Source of the DNA: Eutreptiella sp. 'Long Island Sound 2002'
Taxonomy: Eukaryota; Protista; Euglenida
Reading direction: 5' to 3'
DNA length: 64,000 bases
Assembly (NCBI GenBank): GCA_964036045.1
Contig: OZ038378.1
Location: 163,184,001-163,248,000 of the forward strand
Made by a program: the position numbers and the translations under genes. The notes under the pieces are model-generated. The model ran no database searches. It was not told the DNA's origin and was given only the letters and a program-made list of their open reading frames with translations. Numbering within the stretch: position 1 is the first letter of the stretch; each line of letters begins with the position of its first letter. Of the stretch, positions 49,089 to 59,891 are shown piece by piece.

Positions 49089-52000
49089 CGGGATTGGTGC
49101 CCACCGTGGTGGGCGCCTCGCTGACAAGCAGGCCACAAAGTACCGCTTGACTCTCCCCATGTGTGTGGCAGGCATCCGCTATGCTGGTCCGCTTAGAGCC
49201 AAGGGATTGCAAGTGGGCAACATCATTCAGGAACAGATTTGCGATTGCTGTTAAATTTTTTGTTTGACTGCATTACTTCGGGGGACGAACTTCAATTTCC
49301 TTCCCTGCCTTCCTTTATTCCTCCCCAGGCGCAGTGCTGGGGGGACATGTGCATTGCAAGATTTGAGGAATGAAAATTGGTTTCTTGCGCAGGGTACGAG
49401 TCGAGGATTTTAGGTGGCACAAGTGGGCCGCTGATGGATACCCACCCCAGCCCCTCCAACCAGCCCCTGGTTGGGTGGCACTGTTTTCACTGTTTGGCCC
49501 CAGGCTAGCACCAGAGAGCAACGAAGCCCTACCTCTAGGCACAGCGTCTCTTGCTTGGTGCCCACCATGCATAGGGGGCGTACTGTGCGCTGTGCGCGCG
49601 CTGTGCGAAAAGTTGGCTGTTCTCCACCACCGGGAGTTCGGTAAGTTCAGAAGATTGAAAGGACGTCATTGAATGGCTGCTGCAGTGGACGGGGCTATAG
49701 GGGGCAGAATTTAGGTCCCTGGGACCCATGGCAAGCATCTGATGTTTGAATTTTTGAGTTTTGAATTGATTGTGCATGATTCCGCAGGTGGGTGGTTTTC
49801 AGGGTTGTTACCTGGATAATCACCGCAATAATTGGCGCTGTGCGCGCGCTGTGCGAAAACGCCCCCATAGCACCAGCCCTTCCAAACGATGTGGTGTCCC
49901 CTTGACCAGTGGGATTGCAGCGATGGTCATCGTCTGCTTGTGGATTACCAGGCTTCCGTTGCCCACAGGGAGCCTCTGATCAAAATCCATGGTGGAGTTG
50001 AACCTCCACATGAGGAACGGGGGCCTCCTTCCTGCCTCTAGAATCCTTTTTCGTCCAACCAAAATGTTTGCCCCCAGCACACCGCTTTTCAACCAACACA
50101 TGTTGGGCCAACAAAATGGGGTGCAGCATGCACAGAAAATCAGGTACATGCAGGACCATGCAGTACAAAAGCAGGGACAGGGCATATGCAGCTGAGACTG
50201 GCGATGCTATTCAGCAAGTCACAAACCAATATGTGTGACACATGCTCAGTTCCTTGGTGTGGTGCACTGCAGGTGCACACCAAAATCTGGCTCAGTACGG
50301 ACCTTGGTGCAGTGCGGTGAAGTGTTTGAGTGTAGTTGGATGTGCGGCCCTTGGGCCCGCTTGCCCCAACACCCTGCACCACTTGTTGCACTGGAAGTGT
50401 TGTTGTTGCCCCTCCACTGCCCAGGGTAATGATTGTGCTATTATTGTTTTTCTGCTATTTTCTCTGGTACATACATCTTGTACTTATAACCGCCTGTGTT
50501 GACATCAGGGTGATCACACAGAGAAACACTCGTCCAGTAGCGTGTGTGTTTCCGTCGTCTGGGTGTGGGTGTGGTGCATGTGTTTGGATACCACACAGCC
50601 CATCCCTCGTTTAGCGATCAGGTTTGAGTCACAGCACACTTGCAGGCAGTCTGACACGGGGCGTTTTTTATTTGAAGGCATCGGCATTTGGCCTCCACCT
50701 GATTTCCGCATTTGTTTGTTGCCTCCCTGTTTTTTTTCCCGGACATGGCGACTCAGTGCCCCTTGTTGTGGTTGTGAGATAATGTGCGAAAAAGCAGTTC
50801 TATACTCGAAGCAACGGTGGTGAAGTACAAACAGCAAAGGAGGCAGAGGGACAGCAAACAGTCGGTCCATCCGATCGCCCACACGCATGACATGCAGCTC
50901 ATGCTACAATCCTGTTGAAGGAGCCGCCTGCTGTGAAGGCTCTGATAGGCTAGGGACCTTGGCCCACCAAAAGGCATGGGTCTGGGACGCCGAAACCACT
51001 GTTATAGGGCATAGGGCATGGTACACAGGGCATAGGCCATGGTGAGGGCCTTCATGAACACATGTTTGTTGGGTGAGTCCATGGCGGTTGTTTGTGATCC
51101 CACAAGGTGTACATGCTGACGCTCTGTGAGCGAGGCAGGAGACCGAGCATCCCAGGGACATGATGTCATGTGGAAGGCCACATACCATGTCATAGTGCCC
51201 ATTGCTGTCGGGCTGTGGATGACAGTGTGGCAGTGACCGTTGGTAGTGCAGTTGGTGGCGCAGCACCGCTGTCTCGAACTGAAGTCTGCCTGGAAGTTCT
51301 GAGAGTATAAAAGAATTGGTGCCGTACCACGCAGCCATCTCTTGATACCACTGCGCAGTATGTTCCCAGCAAAGAAGAGAAGAAGAGAGCACGATTTGGC
51401 TTCATTTCGCTGACATTGTGTATTGCAGCCTCACCCACGTGTCTGACTGACGAACTGCAGATGTACGGCAGCTGCTGTTGATGTCCTGTCACCCATCAAT
51501 GCCCGACTATGGGTACCAGACGCATTGGTCCGCAGCAGGTGGGGGCTATGCCATGTCTGGGCCGAACGACCAATTGTGACAAGCCCGTCACAAGTCCCTG
51601 TGGACATTCTGCACCTGTTTCAGATTTTGTACACAAAATATGACCTTACGAAAAAGGTGCTTGCATGAGCACAGCCGTCTGTCTCTGAAGTGTCCCCCTC
51701 CCCACTTTGTTGCCAATTACCAATTACCCCCCAAAACGAGCGCCTTTACCCCCCAACTCTCAGCAATTTACCCCCTTTGGTGTGTGACAATTACCCCACA
51801 ATTTTGATGCACATTTACCCCCCCCCCCTTACTGCCAGACAACCCCCCCCCCCCGCATGCATGATATTTACCCCCTTGTAAAATACCCGCACTGAATGAC
51901 ACCAAATAACCCCCCGGCATCCCAACAACAAAAGACAAACACACAACACACATCCAAATGCAATAATGGGACAATCGGCCAGGCACCTGTGATGGTGAAG

Positions 52001-52127
52001 CATCCCAGCCTGTCACGACACAACGGGCCTGATAATCCTTGCCATCACTTATCTTACCCCTGCATTTCAAGTAGTGGCTGTTCCCCTTTCTTTTCTCACC
52101 TTGCTGCCAGTAGCGATGATCCCCATG

Positions 52128-52735
52128 GTGGGTGGAAAATTGCACCCCAAGGGGGGGGGGGGAGGCATGAGCCTCCCGAACCCGGCGGGGAGTGGAGTAC
52201 CAAAAAGGGGCTCTTCTGTCTGGTGACTTTGTGACACCTTCTGGGGAGGGTGGCGTTGCTGTTTTTTTGCCAAATGTGTCGGCCACAAAGAGTGTCATGG
52301 ACTGGCATGCAGGCACCAACGGTTGTAGCATGCCGCAGCATGCTGCAGCACAGCATTTGGTGCCTGCTGGCATGATACCCCCGCCAATGGTTGAGCGGAT
52401 AATAGGCATGTGGCATGGGGTGCGCAACTCTTCAACTCTTCAAGCGACTCTGACTCCAGCTCATCTACCTGTTCCTCGGACTCTGACATAGACTCTGAGT
52501 AAGCCTGATTATTCATTATGTGGCAATGGGAGGCCTTGGTGGGGTGCTGTCACCACAAACAGCCGGAAATGACCGGGATGTCCTTAAACACAAGTACCAC
52601 TACCGCCGCCATGTTTGCTGAAATTGGCACCCCGACAGAAGAGCCCACCCCCCTTTGGGGGGGGGGTTGGAAAAAGGGGCCCATACCCCCCGCCCCCCCC
52701 CCCCCCCTCGGGGTGCAATTTCCCCCCAGCCCATC
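52128..52735. mobile_element. MITE-like foldback with ~100-bp imperfect inverted ends
   Basis: gaaaattgcaccccaagggggg...gggctcttctgtc (52136-52220) versus gacagaagagccc...ctcggggtgcaatttccc (52630-52725). Confidence 0.5.
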
Positions 52736-54098
52736 CTGAGTGGCGCCATAAATGGCATTGGAACAGGTATTGAATAGCACGGACTCACCTCTTGCCACTG
52801 CAGGTGCACAAATTCTCTCAATGTGTTGGTGACAAACACGAGACATTTTACCTGTTTTGGCTGTCACTGTTGCATGCTTTGCACTGGGCAGCCAGTAAAA
52901 CATGCAGAGCAGGGTCTGGGCCACAACACACATCACACAAGAGATGTGGGACGTCTGAAATAACACAGTCAAACAGCTTTTTGTAGGGGTAGCACATACT
53001 GAGGAGCCCTCTCCTATCCCTGTGTCACCCTGGCCCGACCCTGAAGTGCCAATCTACCCTCCCCAGATGATGATATTTACCCCCCCCCCCCCGAATCCGC
53101 AGTGGGATACATGTAAACTGCCAAATCCCCCTCCCCAACCATTGAATGACCAATACCCCCCTGAAATGGAACATATACAATTACCCTCCTAGTGACCACA
53201 AAGTTACCCCCCGCAGGGTAAATTTGCACAAGCTGGTGGGTAAATGTGCACATCCAGGGGGGGCTAATGGACAGGTCACCAGTCTTTGTAGCGGGTCCCT
53301 ACCTGCCGACTGTAGTCCTGACCCTCACCCTTTGACACATGACCCCTGACCTCTCCATACTGCGAACAAAATGATCCAAGTTCTTGATGCGGCTCCCCAG
53401 TGGATTTGGCCGAGAGCCATTGAGGCCTAGCAACCCGACACCCCATCTCTTATTTTACCACCTCACCGCAGGCATCAAGCCTGCTGTAGGGCATCATACC
53501 TGTGGGGCATCTTGACATCCTGCCTGCAGTTGGGCATCATGCCTGCTGCAGGACATTGTGCCCACTGCAAGACTTCTTGGATGTGGTTGTTACTCCGGTG
53601 ACGCTCCTGAGGGGGACGGGGGGTTGCATTCCTGGGCGAAAGTGCGTACCAAGTTTAAACTGGGTTGCAGAGTACTAGGGATGCGGTGCAGCATGTGAGC
53701 CGTGTTTGTTTGCTCGTCACCATCCAGGCTGCCAGTGTTCAACAACTTCACCTTCAGACGGCTCTTACTTTTGAGCATAGGACATGCACATTGGGATTTT
53801 GGACCAGGGATTGCATTGGATTTTGGTGTGCGTTCCTGTGCCTTGTGAGCCTCCGTCTCAAGGCGGTGGCTGGCGATCCACTCCGCGGCGACGCGTTTGT
53901 GTTGCACCTGGTTGCACACTTTGTGGCGGATGTCGGCGTCGGAACATTCGTGCGTGGGTCGGCGGTGAGCGCATTTTGTGACAGCCATGTTGTCGATATA
54001 TTGGGGGCGCCTCAAGCGCAGTGCGCGCGCAGTGCAACTATTTGGGCGTCTGGCCGTACTAGAGACCCATACTTTGAGATACTAGGGGCCCCTAGGGG

Positions 54099-54523
54099 CA
54101 TCATGGTGACCCCTAGCGGAGGTTTTGAGTTCTGATTTTGTCCCCCTTTGTTGGGGACCCCCGAGAATGCAGGGGTGATGTAGCATTTCCGCCCTCTTTT
54201 GGGCCCCAACCGTCCGGTGCTATTGAGGAAACCGGGACAATCTTTGAATCCACGCTTTGTTGCGTGGTGCATCATGGTGACCCCCGGCGTAGGTTTTGAG
54301 TTTTGATTGTGTTCCCTTTGTTGGGGACCCCTGAGAATGCAGGGGTGATGTAGCATTTCCGCCCTCTTTTGGGCCCCAACCGTCCGGTGCTATTGAGGAA
54401 ACCGGGACAATCTTTGAATCCACGCTTTGTTGCGTGGTGCATCATGGTGACCCCCGGCGTAGGTTTTGAGTTTTGATTTTGTTCCCTTTGTTGGGGACCG
54501 CCCAGAATGCAGGGGTGATGTAG
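54099..54523. repeat. ~171-bp tandem repeat, 2.5 copies
   Basis: catcatggtgaccc recurs at 54099, 54270 and 54440, with near-identical intervening sequence. Confidence 0.95.
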
Positions 54524-55269
54524 ATGTAGCCAATTCGCCGAGACCGGCACCTGAAGATCCCTGCCTCGAGCTTTAATACCCCGGCTCGAGGAGGAGGCAA
54601 TCAGGGGCTTGGAGATCCCTGCCTCGAGCTTTTCCCCGGCTCGAGAAGGAGGCATTCAGGGGCTTTCTTTCTTCCTTTGCTTTCACGAGGCATAGCAAGG
54701 CGTAGCACGTTTGGGTCAAGGCATGGCAAGGGGTAGCATGGTTGCGTCATGGCATGGCAAGGTTCAATGCTCGTGTGCGTACATTGATCTATTGTGCTTG
54801 CACATTTGCTATGGGACTTCATACCCCCCTCCTCCTTTCTTAGACACATGGATTTCATGGATTTGAGTCTCGGCGATCGGGTGTTCTACACCCGCTCCAA
54901 TGGCATGCGAGTTCCTGCAACGGTCGTTGGGATGGCGGGCGATGGGTTCATCCACTTGGAGTACTACCAAGATGCTCTACGGGTGGTGAATCGCCAATGC
55001 AAGATGGAGTCCATCTCTTTCGCCATCCCGAGTACGTCCTCCCCACCTCATTGCACCCCACCTCCGCCTAGTGCCCCCCAAGAAGCCCCAAGTAAGAGTC
55101 CCGAGCCAAGTGCCCCGGGTCCTTTATCTCCATCCCCGCCATGCGACACGGAGTGGAGTCCCGAGCCAAGTGCCCCCGAAGAAGCCCCAAGTCCTTCAGC
55201 TCCATCCCCACCACCCGACACGGAGCCGAGGGCCTCCACACCACCTTTGTCCCCTCAAATTGAAGACAA

Positions 55270-57986
55270 CCCTAGTGACCCCTTTTGCACACCATGGTGC
55301 CATGTCCTATGTTCAACCGGTGTTCAACTGACTTCACCTGGGCCCTTGAACCACCCCTGAACAGCGGTTGAACACCCCCACCGCGCGTAGTGCAATTTTA
55401 CCAAAAATTAAACTTTTGACGTATCACCATGCCATTCCAAACCATCCATGACGATGTACCATGCTTTTAACAACATACTAATGCCCAATGCACTATTCCA
55501 TGCCATACCCCTCACATTGCCACTCCCTTTCTATCATGTCCAAGAGTAGCGTCAACGCCGCCTTGGTGTTCAACCATGCGGTTGAACACCCCACTTGACA
55601 CATTCCCCTAAGCTTTGACCTTCATTGTGGTCCTTTGGCTTCCATTCTATCGTGGATGGTGTTCAGAGGTTTTTGCAGTGTGCACCTGCCTTATCCAAAT
55701 CAATTATAACCACAAAACCATGGATTTTCTGCTACTTTCATATTGCCGCCCATACGCGTTCGGCCATGTTCAACTGCGTGTTCAACCGCGCGGTTGAACA
55801 CGGTTGAACACGGTTGAACACGGTTGAACACACACTGGAGCGCGTTAGGAGAAATGCCGCACGTAATCGCAATCACACAACAATGGCACCAACAATTCAC
55901 GTCAAATTGGATGAACAATCTCAGTGCCTGTCACCATGGGAACCCCAGGTCCAGGAGTTCAGTGCGCATCGGAGCGGGAAGGCGGTGCCACGCGATAGAT
56001 GTATACGCCACGATGGCATACCTTTCACCCTCCCATCGCTCCGGCCCATGCGTACGCCACGCATTGAAAATCACCCCCTTTCGTGCATCCACAACAACCC
56101 CTTGCACAATTTGACGCCCACATTGCATCCATGCTTGACGCTGCGCCCCCCCCTCCCCCCCACCACCCATCCACGCCGTAGTAAAGAAACCACCACCACG
56201 GAAATCACCCACCGCCACCACCCCACTCAACGCGGAGTCATCCCTTGGATGTTTGTGTACATCCATGGGTGCACATCCGTTGCCCCACACGATGGAAATT
56301 GCGGTGTAACTGAGGGACGGTAAACAAACCGTGAGGAAATTATTTACAAGGCGCACAACATGTGCATCATCATGTGTCCTCTTAGACATGCCCACGTGTG
56401 TAAACGTCGGAAACTTCCTTGTTGCTGCCCATAGGATCCGGCGGTACTCTCCTCCATGTTTCTTCTTGTGGAGCCATCCCTTCAAGCCTTGTAAGGCTTC
56501 ATGGACCTTGTCGGCTAGTCACTTTGAGTCCACGGCCCATAGCGCTTGCGTCTCCGGTCCGACCTCCTCCTTCCCATCATCGGCACACTCCTTCTCCCTT
56601 GTGCTCGCCATTGCCCTTTCGCTCCCACCTTCGTGCATGCCGTCTTGAGGTCCACCTTCCTCCTTTGCATCATCTCCAACATGAGGTCGTTCATTCTCCT
56701 TGGCATCGTGCTCCACCTTGGGGTTGTTGAGGGCATCGGACATGCCCTGCTTGTTGGCATCGTCCACGGACGTGCCCTCCTTGTTCGAATCCTCCACGGA
56801 CATGCCCTCCTTGTTGGAATCGTCCACGTCATTTGAAGTGCTCTCCTTCATGGGATCCTCGGAGTCCTCCTTGGTGCCATTGTCCGACGCATTGGTGGTA
56901 CTTCCCGCGATTGCTTCCGTGCTTGCGATTGCTTCCGTGCTTGCCCCATCTTGACCTCCATCACTTGTATCTCCGCTCTCGGTTGCCGCGTCTTGGCCTC
57001 CATGTTTTGCATCTCCGCTCTCGGTTTCCTTGTCGTGGCCTCCATGTCTTGCATCTCCGCTCTCGGTTTCCTTGGTCGCTTTCTCCATGTTCTCCTCCCA
57101 CTTCGCCAACATGGCCTTTGCCTCATCCATGAACACTCCTTGCATACATGCAACGCACCATGGTATGCATGTAGGACATGTAGAGCACCTATTTTTCGGC
57201 ATTTCCAAGTCAAGGATCAACCGGACGGCATCCTTGGGTGTAAACACCCTTTCCATGACCTTCCGGTCATTGCGTCGACTACGCCGCCCACTACCCATTC
57301 TAGTCTTGAGGCGTTCCCATAGTGTACGACCACCCTTGGATGCGGTGAACAAGTTGACCAAATCACTCATCAATTCATCCGATTGTAATCCAGTGTAGTG
57401 ATCTGCAATACATTGCTTCAAGTTTGACGTTGGCATTTTTGATTGTAAAATGAGAGGGATCCTTGCATACAAGTAAGAAACCACAATGGGGAATCTCTTG
57501 GTGCTCTAATTTGTTCTTATTGTTACGTTATTTTTGGTGACACTACCATATTGCACAAAGGTGAAATTAAATATTCTTCAATTCAATGCGTCATGTATAT
57601 AGTAAAAAGCGAGCTGGTGGCAACTACTACACACCATGTGCATTCCCTTTACCGCCACGTGTTGGCCACCACGTGCCGGCTCCAGTTTTCATGTATGTGG
57701 TCACCACACCGCCACCTGCCCATTGGTAGTAGGTTCCAGGTTTTAACTGGGTTTTAGGGAACAGCTCAAAACCAAAATTGTGGGACAGGCTACATTTACC
57801 AATTAACCACTGTTGAACGCGTGATCGCGCGAGCACGCGCCACCGATTGGCGCGATAGGCCAGTTGAACTGTTCAACCGCGTTCAACCGAGTACAACTGG
57901 GGGGTTGAACAGCAACATGCTGTTCAACTGGGTTCAACCGCTGTTCAACCGCTACGCTCAAAGGTGTGCAAAAGGGGTCACTAGGG
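55270..57986 (-). mobile_element. Non-autonomous CACTA/CMC-like DNA transposon carrying a 2OG-Fe(II) dioxygenase gene
   Basis: Perfect 24-bp TIR CCCTAGTGACCCCTTTTGCACACC (55270-55293 / 57963-57986), AA duplicated on both flanks, and roughly 20 GTTCAAC/GTTGAAC subterminal motifs clustered at 55311-55830 and 57813-57952. Confidence 0.85.
55931..57484 (-). CDS. Cys-cluster + acidic repeat linker + TET/JBP-like 2OG-Fe(II) dioxygenase; one in-frame TGA at 56519-56521
   Basis: ORFs 57484-56519 and 56485-55931 are in one frame (...VDSK*LADKVHEALQGLKGWLHKKK...). The C-terminal domain has YTAISIV...VHKHPRDD.ALSGVVAVGDFRGGG...VIFNAWRTHG..RWEGERYAIVAYT...LGFPW. Likely start MPTSNLK at 57436. Confidence 0.75.
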
Positions 57987-58391
57987 AAACATGAAGATGA
58001 CGCCGAAGCTCCCCCTCCCGTAACGGTTCCCGCCGGTAAGCGCGCTTCGCAGTACTCGTCGCGCGCTCGTGCATCGGACAAGGTGCGCCGACAAGCCACA
58101 AAAGATGTGACCATCAACCTCACGGCCGCTCAATGGGAGACAATCACAAAGTGGTTGGAGGATCACAAGGTACTTTCGTTGAAATTGTACTTCGTGTCAT
58201 GTATATGCATTTCAGCCCGCCACTACCAACATATGTGCTCATCTTTACCCATGGTATGTCCCCACTTTATTTTAGGACCCAAAAGGGCGGTACCAATATA
58301 AGAAGGCCGCGGATGCATACTTGGTAGAGCTCAAACCAAATTACGGTATGTGGCACTACACGCAATGCCGCTTTCGCCTCTTTTGCCTTGA

Positions 58392-59891
58392 TTGTGTTTA
58401 TGCTTTGCGTTATATCTCTGCAGAGTCGCAAAGAGCCATTTCCACTCAGGGGGACAAGCACGCATCGGACGGCCAAAGATTCCATTGGGAAGCGGAAGTA
58501 TTGAAGCAAGTCCGATCATCCGATACAAGGACGCGATTAAGGCTCGTGTGAGTACCATGTACGCAAGGGAAAGGGCATTCATGGATCAACTTACATGCAA
58601 GTTTGCCCCCACCCAACCTCCATCCCTAAAAACGGCCTGGCCAGCCACAAAAGGCGCCGTTCAGTGCAAAAAACCTCCATCCCTAAAAATGGTGCAGCCC
58701 ACGCCTTTGGAACGTACGGTGTTTTTATGCCGGTTCCGAACTACGCACATCAATTTTTGGCGCAAGGAGCGCGCAAAGTATCCGGAGCAACCTGTCACGG
58801 GTGTGCCAAAGGTGATTGAGCAGATCTTGCGGTTTGGCAAGGGTAAGCACTTACCAAGGGATGAGGAAAGCGTAATTATCCAGGATGGCCTTGATGGCCA
58901 AGCTTTCCCTAAAGGCGGCAGTGAAGCACCAACATTGCAGCCTGAGATTGACCGTTTGCGCCGGGAGAAAAGAGAGAGAGAGGCCAAGAAACAAGCAAAA
59001 CGTGCCCAACAGGTCGTAAAAAAGCGGCAACGCACACTTGATGCTTTTTGTGTTGCTGCGCCCCTTCGGGCCGATGTGGCTTCGTCAAGCTCCAGTCTCC
59101 CTCAACCCTCTCAATCCTCGCAACCCCCTATGGCTACTCAATCTCAACCCCAATCCGATTCTAACCGCAAGGGAAAGGAGAGAGCCCCTTCCTCACGACC
59201 GAAACCACCGGCTGAAAAAACCAAGAAAAGGAAGCAACCCAATGAACCTCAAACATTCACCGAGGAGGAGGTGGCAAAAATGAACAAACAAACGGAAGAC
59301 AAGATCGTGGAGATGTTGCTCCATGTGCATGAGAAAAGCACCGGAGGTCACCCTCTTGACCCGCAAAAAGATGGTGTTGAGTGGTGGATTAAGCGTTGTG
59401 GTGGAACTCGGTCCCTAAGGACGCAAATCAGTTATATGGGTATTGATGCCCACTCTGCCGAGGAGTTTTGGCTAAAGTATGGGCATGATGATTTACTTCC
59501 ACGCGAAGATTTGTTCCGCTTCTTTTTCTTCCTCAAGCACACTGAACCTCAAAGGTGTGCTCATCTCCTCTCCGGAGCAACAGGGTGCTCTGAGGAGGCT
59601 TGGTGGGCAAGTGTGCATCGTGTTCGTTCTTACTTGAATGGTGTTGTCGCTGAAATTCGATGGACGGAAAGATTGTCGGAGTGGAACCACGTCCCACACG
59701 TTCCATATTTCGTGACGCACTACGTGGATAGCAGGCCCATTGCATCCATAGGAGGCATCCTTTGCGATGTCTTGTTTAATCCTAAATACGCCGGGTGCGT
59801 ATACAAAGTTACGGTTGCAATTGACAGCTTGGGCAACATCGTTTGGATTTGTCCGTTGGCCCCGGGGACATCGGGCACTAGGGCATCGTAA
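58392..59891 (+). CDS. DDE superfamily transposase (DDE_Tnp_4-like), C-terminally truncated
   Basis: 499-codon ORF; first catalytic Asp in YVDS, followed by the K...KV.vaiD..G.i.w...PGT pattern typical of this family. Confidence 0.75.
   Translation: MCLCFALYLCRVAKSHFHSGGQARIGRPKIPLGSGSIEASPIIRYKDAIKARVSTMYARERAFMDQLTCKFAPTQPPSLKTAWPATKGAVQCKKPPSLKMVQPTPLERTVFLCRFRTTHINFWRKERAKYPEQPVTGVPKVIEQILRFGKGKHLPRDEESVIIQDGLDGQAFPKGGSEAPTLQPEIDRLRREKREREAKKQAKRAQQVVKKRQRTLDAFCVAAPLRADVASSSSSLPQPSQSSQPPMATQSQPQSDSNRKGKERAPSSRPKPPAEKTKKRKQPNEPQTFTEEEVAKMNKQTEDKIVEMLLHVHEKSTGGHPLDPQKDGVEWWIKRCGGTRSLRTQISYMGIDAHSAEEFWLKYGHDDLLPREDLFRFFFFLKHTEPQRCAHLLSGATGCSEEAWWASVHRVRSYLNGVVAEIRWTERLSEWNHVPHVPYFVTHYVDSRPIASIGGILCDVLFNPKYAGCVYKVTVAIDSLGNIVWICPLAPGTSGTRAS

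Noticed and set aside
54099-54523. Possible CRISPR-like array (also the 55791-55830 repeats)
   Set aside because: The units are contiguous tandem copies without unique spacers, there are no cas genes, and the context is eukaryotic.
55270-55273. piggyBac assignment for the CCCT-ended element
   Set aside because: The flanks are not TTAA; the 2-bp AA duplication and subterminal repeats fit CMC/CACTA better.
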